NCBI GenBank assembly: GCA_963664705.1
Contig: OY761556.1
Location: 448,001 to 512,000 of the forward strand
Length of the DNA: 64,000 bases
Reading direction: 5' to 3'
Source: Acidobacteriota bacterium
Lineage (GTDB): Bacteria > Acidobacteriota > UBA6911
The notes below the pieces were generated by a model. That model saw only the letters and a list, made by a program, of their open reading frames with translations. It was not told the origin of the DNA and made no database searches. This document shows, piece by piece, positions 56,584 through 64,000 of the stretch; the first letter of the stretch is position 1, and every line of letters starts with the position of its first letter. The position numbers were made by a program, and so were the translations under genes.

Positions 56584-59500
56584 TTAGAAATCAAACCTCA
56601 ATTTGGCCTGGAATGTACGTGACCCGACTTTGGAACTCATGTAGCCCAATGGCCGGTATGTATACGTTCCATCGGTATAGTCATAATAGGAGCCCATTGT
56701 TGCGGCCGGAGCGCCCGGGACTCTGGTGCGTACCACTCCCGACTGATAAGCGCCGGCAGTAGGTTGGGCATGATTGAAAATGTTCGTGGCATCGATGCGG
56801 ATCTGAATGCTCTTCGCTTCAGTCAGTTTGATAGCCTTGGACATTGCCATATCCGCACTCCAGATGGACGGCTGCCTCAGGGAATTCTGCGCGAAGTTTC
56901 CGCGTTCCGTTGGATAGGGATTGATGAAAATGAGCTTGGACGTATCGCTTGCCAGCGCAATGGCGCGCAGCGTGCACTGACTTTGCAGACTCTGGGCCGC
57001 CGTGACGTTGTTGCATTGCGGGTCTGACACAAGGGTATACCTGGGAGCATTTGTTGAACTGTCCCAGAAATAATTGCCGGTTGCCGCGCCGTCGGGCCAC
57101 ACCACCTCGCCCGAGTTGCGGTCGAAATCGCCGACCTGGTTCGGTACGCCGTTGGCATACAGCGACGTGTTCGTTGAGGTGATGCTGAAGGGCCGCCCGC
57201 TGGCGATGTTGGCTATCCAACTCAGTTGCCAGCCGCCTGCGAGCCTTGCCAGCGCCCCGTTCTTATTGAGCAACCAGTGACCTGGCCCGAAAGGCAGTTC
57301 GACCCCGCCGTTTATTGAGAGTTGATGCGTTCTATCCATACTGTTCGGTCCATAATCTGCCGCTCTGTTGCGCGGGTCCGTATAGCTCAAGGCTCCAAGG
57401 TTTTTGCTCCAAGTATAGGTTGTCTGGAGATTGAACCCGTGGGTGGGACGGATAGTCAGTTGGGCTTGCATTGAATGGTAATTGTAGTTGTTTAGATTTC
57501 CGTACCAGGTGGCGGTTCCGAACTGCGGACTGGTATAGATAAAGTTCTCGGGCAGATTGTTGTGCCGCAGCACTGTCCCCAGAACGTCAGTGCCGACTGA
57601 AGGCAATGCGTTGTTTCCCGGATATGTTGTTACATAGTTCATTGTGGCCAGTGTATTGGCAAGCGAAAGGTAATTGCCGTTTGCGAGGTTGGCATTCGTC
57701 CCGGTATAAGCGCGAAGGTGCATGGCCCCGGTCTGCATTACTCCATTGTAAACGGATCCTACCGGTCCATAGCCCCAGCCGGCGATGTTGATGCCGTTGA
57801 ACATCTTATCCAGCAGCGTGGATTCGCCGCCTGACCGCGCTGCATCGAAGGCCTCCTTCAGCCCATTGTTCCAGATGTTGGCTGCATTGATGTTGAACGA
57901 GCCCTGCTGCTTGCGCTGCAGAGTCCCGATGTAGCGAACATCCAGGATTATGTTTGAGGTGATATTCCGGGTGATCGATACATTCAGATTCTGAACATAG
58001 GGCGTTCTCATGTTCGGGTCATACACCGTGATCGATTGAGAACGCTCCTGCACGGGCAGGACCGGATTCGCGGCTGGAGTTTTGATATAGGATGGAATCG
58101 GTACCACCGACAGCAGCGAGCCTACATTGGACAGATTGATGTATGGCATCGACGAGTTCGGCGTATAGTTTGTTGTATAGGTAATCATCGGCATGGTGAA
58201 ACCGGCAGCATCCGCCCTACCGGCCGGCATATAGCTCAACTGGTATCCTCCGCGGATCACAGTCTTGCCTTTCCCGAACCATGGCAATTGGTATGCGAAT
58301 CCAAACACCGGACCAAAGTTGTTGAGGTCGTCGTTATAGGTTTGCTGTTCCGGATTTGGAGAGTCCGGGCCGATAAATGCCAGTTGAGCGTCATTGCCTT
58401 TGTACGTTACCGTGCCGTCGGCGTTCATTGTTCCAGGCTGCATCCAATCTTCAAAGCTGCTCCCGGATCGGCCGAATATGGATGTGGCTCCTCCCTTGAG
58501 GCCCGCGGTCATGCCACCTTTCAGATAGGGGACGCCGTACCAGTCATAGCGCATTCCCATGTTCAGGGTAATGGTATCGGTAACGCGCCAGTCATCCTGC
58601 ATAAACAGGCTGATTTGATTCTGGCGGAAATCTGTGATGCGCGTGTTCTCGCCTTTGGTGATGTCATTATAGGTTGTGGCGGTTGGTGAATTGATAAAGC
58701 GGAACTGATCAACATTGGTGACCTGTCCGGCATAGATGTTCAGAAGGCTGTAAGCCCCAGCTACAACGTTGCCCCAATATAGTCCTCCTGCCGCGCCTGG
58801 AAGTGAAGATGCATAGGTATACGGGTTGTGAAATCCTGTGTTGGCAGAGTACCCGCTGAATACGACTCCGCCTCCGCGAATAGCCGGAACTGTGGTAGTA
58901 CCCGTGGTAAAGGAGAGAGCGCCGTTGATCTCCTGGTACGACTGGGTTCTCTGTGTTTCCGCACCAAACCGCATGGAGTGTCTTCCGTGAGTCCATGTCA
59001 AAGTGTCGGCAAAGGACCATCGCGGATCGTGTCCACCCCACGTGGATCCGAAGTTGCCCCGACCACTGCCCCATACATTGACTCCTCCGGCAATGGCAAA
59101 GCCCGGACTGATAGTTGGATAAGCATAGGACCCTGCTCCAAGTCCGATCACAACCGGAATTCCGGAGGATGAAGGGAACAGATTCAATAGAGCCTGCTTC
59201 AACGTGCCGCCTGTTTTAGGATTGTTCAACGGGTCCAGAACAAAGGACGAAGTGCGCATCAGTCCGACGCGCACTTCATTCAGCAGCGTCGGTTTGAGAG
59301 TCGATACAAGATTGACTGCGAAGCTCTGTGGCTTGCGTTGAATCACGCCTCCATAGCTGTTCTGTTCCATGGTTGGAAAACTGTCTTCACCGTTGTTGGT
59401 TTCCCAACTGTAAGTGCCGCTGATCCGGTGCATGGCATTGAAATTATGGTCAATCCGGAAGTTGATCTGCTTCCGGTTTGGCCCTTCGCCGAGGCCGTAG

Positions 59501-60867
59501 ATGTTATCCCCGCCGTCCAGTCGGCGAACCCATCGATATCCGCCCCAGTTCAGGCCGTCGCCGACCTGATAGTTATTGGCATCGGGAATCATGGCCATGA
59601 ATTTCCTGATATACCCGCTTGCATCCGGAGTGCGAACCGAATCGTAAGGGGCCGAGTAATTTACCCAGTCGGATGTCGGGAATCCGGTGCTGGAATCAAT
59701 GGTTACATCGGAACAGTCAGTGGTTTTGGGTGTTTTCAGCAGGGATCCAAAGACACTGATCTGATGGAGTGCCCCGAGTTCGGTCTTGGGTGATCCGTCA
59801 GAGTTGACTGTTGCCGCAACTTTGGGATCGTAGGTTGTCCCTGTTCCGGCGGCGTTTGTCAGGATGTTCCCGCCTGAATATCCATCAATATAGCGGAATA
59901 TGCCTTTTCGTGCGCATGGCGTCGGTACCTGGACGTTGACGTTGTTCTGACGGATCCGGGAAAACTGGTGATCCCAGGAGGCGAAGAAGAAGGTCTTGTT
60001 TCTGATAACAGGGCCGCCAATGCTCATGGTGTACTCGTTCTGGTTGCGCCAGTCGCGGGTGCGCCCGATTTTGTTTTCATACCATTCGTTGGCATCCAGG
60101 GCAGTGTTCTGATTATTCCATACCAGGCTGCCATGATAGGCATTGCCGCCAGAACGGGTCACGACGGATACCTGCCCATTGCCGCGCCCCATTTCCGCGT
60201 CGACAGGAGCAAGTACCATCTTGAATTCTCCGACCATTTCAGGGTTCAGGTATACAGGCGAATTCAGTCCTGTAGCGTAGCGAACGTCATTGGCGGTGAC
60301 GCCATCACGGGTCAAATTGACCTGTGATGCACTGACCCCGGCAAACTGCGTGTCGTCGGCTCCAAATATCGGGTTTTCCGTAATGCTGACTCCGCCCATG
60401 ACCTTCACAAGGCTGAGTACATTGCTGTTGACGATGGGGAGTTCCGATACTTTCTTTTCATTCAGAGTTGCCTGTGAAGATGAACTTGTGTCCAAGATCA
60501 GGTTGTCGGCCAGGATGCTGACCTCGATCTGTTGTTCGATTTTCCTGATTTCAAGTGTGAAGTTCAATCGCACCTGGGCATCATTGCCCAGTTTGACATC
60601 CTTGAAACTCTGAGTCTGGAAACCGGGTAATTCCGCCGTCAGCTTATACATGCCGACCTGCATCCCGGCAAATCCATAGGCTCCCGTTGCATTGGTAGTC
60701 GTTGTTTTTGCAATACCGGTTTCCACATTGGCTGCAGTTACGGTAACACCCGGCAGGACTGCCTGCGTAGCATCGGTGACAATTCCTCCCAAACTCGCGT
60801 TGGACTGGCTGAAGGCCGGTATGCAAACAAGAGCCAGGAGAATTCCCATCGATAGAAATTTTTGCAT
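56584..60867 (-). CDS. Oar-like TonB-dependent receptor with carboxypeptidase-regulatory-like domain
   Basis: Signal peptide MQKFLSMGILLALVCIPAFSQ; GIVTDATQAVLPGVTVT; DAEMGRG; NTALDANEW; QDDWRV; DLNNFGP; NIFNH; terminal KLRFDF. GGAGG RBS before ATG 60867. Confidence 0.9.
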   Translation of the reverse strand: MQKFLSMGILLALVCIPAFSQSNASLGGIVTDATQAVLPGVTVTAANVETGIAKTTTTNATGAYGFAGMQVGMYKLTAELPGFQTQSFKDVKLGNDAQVRLNFTLEIRKIEQQIEVSILADNLILDTSSSSQATLNEKKVSELPIVNSNVLSLVKVMGGVSITENPIFGADDTQFAGVSASQVNLTRDGVTANDVRYATGLNSPVYLNPEMVGEFKMVLAPVDAEMGRGNGQVSVVTRSGGNAYHGSLVWNNQNTALDANEWYENKIGRTRDWRNQNEYTMSIGGPVIRNKTFFFASWDHQFSRIRQNNVNVQVPTPCARKGIFRYIDGYSGGNILTNAAGTGTTYDPKVAATVNSDGSPKTELGALHQISVFGSLLKTPKTTDCSDVTIDSSTGFPTSDWVNYSAPYDSVRTPDASGYIRKFMAMIPDANNYQVGDGLNWGGYRWVRRLDGGDNIYGLGEGPNRKQINFRIDHNFNAMHRISGTYSWETNNGEDSFPTMEQNSYGGVIQRKPQSFAVNLVSTLKPTLLNEVRVGLMRTSSFVLDPLNNPKTGGTLKQALLNLFPSSSGIPVVIGLGAGSYAYPTISPGFAIAGGVNVWGSGRGNFGSTWGGHDPRWSFADTLTWTHGRHSMRFGAETQRTQSYQEINGALSFTTGTTTVPAIRGGGVVFSGYSANTGFHNPYTYASSLPGAAGGLYWGNVVAGAYSLLNIYAGQVTNVDQFRFINSPTATTYNDITKGENTRITDFRQNQISLFMQDDWRVTDTITLNMGMRYDWYGVPYLKGGMTAGLKGGATSIFGRSGSSFEDWMQPGTMNADGTVTYKGNDAQLAFIGPDSPNPEQQTYNDDLNNFGPVFGFAYQLPWFGKGKTVIRGGYQLSYMPAGRADAAGFTMPMITYTTNYTPNSSMPYINLSNVGSLLSVVPIPSYIKTPAANPVLPVQERSQSITVYDPNMRTPYVQNLNVSITRNITSNIILDVRYIGTLQRKQQGSFNINAANIWNNGLKEAFDAARSGGESTLLDKMFNGINIAGWGYGPVGSVYNGVMQTGAMHLRAYTGTNANLANGNYLSLANTLATMNYVTTYPGNNALPSVGTDVLGTVLRHNNLPENFIYTSPQFGTATWYGNLNNYNYHSMQAQLTIRPTHGFNLQTTYTWSKNLGALSYTDPRNRAADYGPNSMDRTHQLSINGGVELPFGPGHWLLNKNGALARLAGGWQLSWIANIASGRPFSITSTNTSLYANGVPNQVGDFDRNSGEVVWPDGAATGNYFWDSSTNAPRYTLVSDPQCNNVTAAQSLQSQCTLRAIALASDTSKLIFINPYPTERGNFAQNSLRQPSIWSADMAMSKAIKLTEAKSIQIRIDATNIFNHAQPTAGAYQSGVVRTRVPGAPAATMGSYYDYTDGTYTYRPLGYMSSKVGSRTFQAKLRFDF

Positions 60868-61424
60868 AATCACATTTCCCTCCAGGAAACATCGAGGCCC
60901 AAGGTGGCTTCGATGCAACATATTCAATCCCATCCGGTCGGAACACACAGGCTCACGCTCCGGTATAAACCTTTCTCCTATTCCGGAGCAGGTTTGTCGA
61001 CCAGACTCGATAATCGGTTCTACAAGGAAGTTCCCGTCATGACATGCTCGAGTTTTCGATGCTGATTCGCACATCCCAGGGCAGGTATGAGAATTGTCCG
61101 CATGACGGACCATGCATCCGAAATTTCAAGCGAGCGCGATACTAGCGAGGGCAAAATGCCGCCGTCAAGACGCGCTGCCTCTTAAGTACTGGAGCGAAAT
61201 AATTGTGGACGCCGCCAACAAGTTGATCCGGTTATGCGGTGCCATTCGATCTGGATCGCTGATTACACAATGGAGTAATCAGATGGAATCACTCGGGCCG
61301 GTCTTTTGTTAAGAAATGTAAAAAGCAATCGATCGCACTCTCTTTGTCTGACACTTCCATTGCATCTTCCGTACTAACTCTGTGATCGAAGGATGCGTGC
61401 AATCCATTCAATGCGGAGCTGTAT

Positions 61425-62351
61425 GTGGAAAAGCTATTCGCGTTTAACCAGGTCAAAAATGATCCTTTAAGCGGCTATCTGGAAACTATTCGTGTTGCGG
61501 ATGCCGTGGTGCGGAAATTGGAGTTTGTGTCTCCGTGGGAGATAAGAGTCGCCCCGGGAACGCCTGCCATCTATATGATTGTGAATGGAAGTTGTGCGCT
61601 TCGCATGGAGCAAGGCCGCCCAATCCTCCTGAGTGGCGGAGATCTTGCCATTCTGATTCATGGAACGACACACGCTCTGGAAAATCAATCGCAGGACAAT
61701 TCGGTAGCAGGTAGTGATCACTCCGATACCTCTACTTTGATTTCCATTCACTTTAGCTGGCATGGAGGACAAATCGAGCCGCTTCTTTCAGAATTGCCGC
61801 AGGCAATACGCATTCAAAGTCAGGGCGGACCTCTTGTGTCGTGGATTATGAACACGCTTCAATTAGTCAACCAGACGGATTTGCCGCAGAATGCGCCTAT
61901 CGGTGACATCCTTAATCGCGTGGCTCATTTTTTTCTTGTCCAGGGTATTCGATCGCATATTGCCGCCGGGGAACCGGGTGGCTGCCAGGCGCTTCGGACC
62001 ATTGTGCAAGGACGGATCGGTCCCGCCCTGTTTCTTATCCATACGCAACCCGAAGCGGCATGGTCCCTGCAATCCCTTGCCAGGAGGTGCGGGATGTGCC
62101 GTTCGGCATTTGCCAGGGAGTTTAAGTGCGCCGTCGGCCAACCTCCCATGGCGTATCTGTCCGAGCGGCGCATGCATAGGGCCTGCGAATTATTGATACA
62201 GGGAATCTATCGAATAAAGGAAATAGCATTGCGGTCGGGATATCAGTCATTGCCGGCTTTCAGCAGTGCATTTGGGAAGTGGGCCGGCGCAACGCCTGTA
62301 AACTACCGCAGGAGGCAAACGCTGCTCAAAGAAAGGGAGCCGATGCGTTAA
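61425..62351 (+). CDS. AraC family regulator with cupin (RclR-like) sensor domain
   Basis: DPLSGYL, PWEI, GDLAIL..G..H; HTH WSLQSLARRCGMCRSAF...PMAYL...GYQSLPAFSSAF. Confidence 0.9.
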   Translation: MEKLFAFNQVKNDPLSGYLETIRVADAVVRKLEFVSPWEIRVAPGTPAIYMIVNGSCALRMEQGRPILLSGGDLAILIHGTTHALENQSQDNSVAGSDHSDTSTLISIHFSWHGGQIEPLLSELPQAIRIQSQGGPLVSWIMNTLQLVNQTDLPQNAPIGDILNRVAHFFLVQGIRSHIAAGEPGGCQALRTIVQGRIGPALFLIHTQPEAAWSLQSLARRCGMCRSAFAREFKCAVGQPPMAYLSERRMHRACELLIQGIYRIKEIALRSGYQSLPAFSSAFGKWAGATPVNYRRRQTLLKEREPMR

Positions 62352-62422
62352 TGATTTGTAAAAAGCGGCGAGACCCCGTCCCGAGCCTGAGCATTTTCAG
62401 TCAGCGTTTCATCTGGTAAATC

Positions 62423-63424
62423 GTGGCAGGCGATTTGATGCACACCAGGCTTATGGAGGGAGTGGAAATGCGAGCGATGTTTTGTGCCGAAATGGATCCG
62501 CGGGGTCTGCTGAATTGTTTACTTCAGTCAATCGATTTGAAAATCCACACAGTCCAGGCAACCAGTTTTCCAGACCCTTGGGATGCCCATATTTCAGACC
62601 AACAAGCCTGTTTTTATGTCGTGGTCAATGGCTGCTGCAGCCTCCAACTTGAGGGCATAGAGAACCCATTTGTGCTGAATCGAGGAGACATGGCTGTGCT
62701 GCTGCATCACCGGGCTCATTCTTTGGCGAGCGTGGGCAGCGGCAATAGCGGGATTTCGTTTGTGACAACCAGACCAGGCTCGAGCCCTCGGACGAATCCT
62801 TCCAAAGATACCTTGATTCGCGGTGTGTTCCATTGTGGTGATAATGACGTCGTTGCGCTGCTGCAGGATATGCCTCCCGTCATACTTGCAAATAGCGGGA
62901 ATGAGGATCTGATCCCCTGGATTCTCGGCACTGCAAGGATGATTGTTCACGAATCTTGCTCCGGGCGTCCCGGTGCCCAGGCTGTTGTCAATGATCTGGT
63001 TCATCTCATGTTTGCCCAACGGATTCGTACCCCTGCAGACCTGGAATCGTCGGACCAGCCCGGGATGCAGGAGTTCTTTCGTCATCCGCAGATCGGATTA
63101 GCCTTGTACCAGATGCAAATGCGACTCCAGGAGCATTGGTCTGTAACCAAGCTCGCCCGCGCATGTGGAATGTCCAGATCTGCCTTTGCCTACGAATTCA
63201 AGAACGTGGTGGACATATCCCCCATGGCATATCTCTTTGAACTCCGGATGCGCATGGCCTGCAGACTGCTTCAGGATCCCGATATCAAAATCAGAGAGGT
63301 CTGCGAGAAAGTCGGATACAAATCGCAGCCATCCTTTGCTCAGGCATTTATTGGTCGAACTGGAATCCCCCCGGGTGCCTATCGAAAAGCTCATGCCCGG
63401 CACCTGAGCGAACATGCTGCCTGA
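62423..63424 (+). CDS. AraC family regulator with cupin sensor domain (paralog)
   Basis: PWD, GDMAVL....H; HTH WSVTKLARACGMSRSAF...PMAYL...GYKSQPSFAQAF. Start uncertain. Confidence 0.9.
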   Translation: MAGDLMHTRLMEGVEMRAMFCAEMDPRGLLNCLLQSIDLKIHTVQATSFPDPWDAHISDQQACFYVVVNGCCSLQLEGIENPFVLNRGDMAVLLHHRAHSLASVGSGNSGISFVTTRPGSSPRTNPSKDTLIRGVFHCGDNDVVALLQDMPPVILANSGNEDLIPWILGTARMIVHESCSGRPGAQAVVNDLVHLMFAQRIRTPADLESSDQPGMQEFFRHPQIGLALYQMQMRLQEHWSVTKLARACGMSRSAFAYEFKNVVDISPMAYLFELRMRMACRLLQDPDIKIREVCEKVGYKSQPSFAQAFIGRTGIPPGAYRKAHARHLSEHAA

Positions 63425-63475
63425 TCATTGATTTGTGCTGCAATCCTGTCCACTTATGGCTAAGATTATTCGCCT

Positions 63476-64000
63476 ATGAATGAGCGCGTGGATCTGAAGC
63501 CGCTGGTCATCATCCCGACATACAACGAACGGGAAAATGTCGAGAGTCTGATTCCGACAATTCTGAGCTTGGATGAACGACTTTCTATCCTCATTGTGGA
63601 TGACGCGAGTCCCGATAATACGGCCGGAGCAGTTCTTGCTATTCGGTCCGGTGCGGAAAGCCGGGTCTTCCTGAGTTCACGATCCGGAAAGATGGGGTTA
63701 GGCAGTGCCTATGTCCATGGATTTGACTGGGGCATTTCGCGCGGCCATAATTTTCTGATTCAGATGGATGCCGACTGGAGTCATCCGCCGAAGTATCTTC
63801 CTTCAATGCTTCAATTAGCCGGCGAAAACGATTTCGTGGTCGGATCGCGCTATATTGCAGGCGGTGGAACGCTCAATTGGGGATTAGGCCGGCAACTCCT
63901 TTCCAGGTTCGGCAGTTTTTATTCGCGTCTCATTCTTGGGACCTATTTCAGCGATTTCACCGGCGGATATAATGGCTGGTCTGCCGACGTGCTGCGGCGG
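63476..64000 (+). CDS. Polyprenol-phosphate mannose synthase-like GT2 glycosyltransferase (partial)
   Basis: Own translation: LVIIPTYNERENV, IVDDASPDNT, KMGLGSAY, QMDADWSH, VVGSRY, SDFTGGY. Runs off the window end. Confidence 0.9.
   Translation, partial: MNERVDLKPLVIIPTYNERENVESLIPTILSLDERLSILIVDDASPDNTAGAVLAIRSGAESRVFLSSRSGKMGLGSAYVHGFDWGISRGHNFLIQMDADWSHPPKYLPSMLQLAGENDFVVGSRYIAGGGTLNWGLGRQLLSRFGSFYSRLILGTYFSDFTGGYNGWSADVLRR

Noticed and set aside
60868-61113. 82-aa N-terminal extension of the TonB receptor in the ORF track
   Set aside because: The signal peptide and GGAGG RBS indicate the real start is ATG 60867.
61160-61260. Direct-repeat AraC operator array (TGGACG/TGGATC-like)
   Set aside because: Spacing is irregular (about 16-24 nt) and similarity is too low to support a call.
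1-64000. CRISPR arrays, tRNA/rRNA genes, integrases, transposases, prophage
   Set aside because: No regularly spaced 25-45-nt repeats, cloverleaf or T-loop signatures, rRNA motifs or mobile-element protein motifs were recognised by eye. tRNAscan-SE, CRISPR finder and ISEScan runs would be needed to exclude them formally.

Overview
Mostly chromosomal housekeeping DNA of moderate GC from a diderm, probably anaerobic or facultative bacterium. The Oar-type TonB receptor with a carboxypeptidase-regulatory-like N-terminus and the large secreted M1 peptidase suggest Acidobacteriota (inference). Recognisable genes include queC, an ABC-F, mscL, a 2-hydroxyacyl-CoA-dehydratase-activator-type pair, glmS, a Lon-like protease, moeA, moaC, a radical SAM enzyme, mutM, coaX, ppiD, mreBCD-mrdA-rodA-rne, mazG, an ArnT-like GT and two AraC regulators. 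The window starts in an aldehyde:ferredoxin oxidoreductase gene preceded by a Tat-signal 4x[4Fe-4S] subunit. The most notable region is a ~13 kb copper locus (12738-25858): a 1480-aa multicopper oxidase with FN3 domains, cusB(YHS x2)-cusA without cusC, an FKBP, a small Cys/His-rich leader ORF and an OprC-type TonB copper receptor. The Pro-Pro-Pro-Lys codons near the end of the leader ORF are the exact reverse complement of the receptor's Shine-Dalgarno region. This points to a copper-sensing ribosome-stalling switch like CutF/CruR but with different motifs. Other oddities are a MutM fused in frame to a DnaJ-type zinc finger, a diguanylate cyclase coupled to the elongasome operon, two candidate structured RNAs and a family of heptamer-repeat intergenic hairpins. 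No rRNA, tRNA, CRISPR array, integrase or transposase was seen. All calls are from reading the sequence; no searches or folding programs were run.
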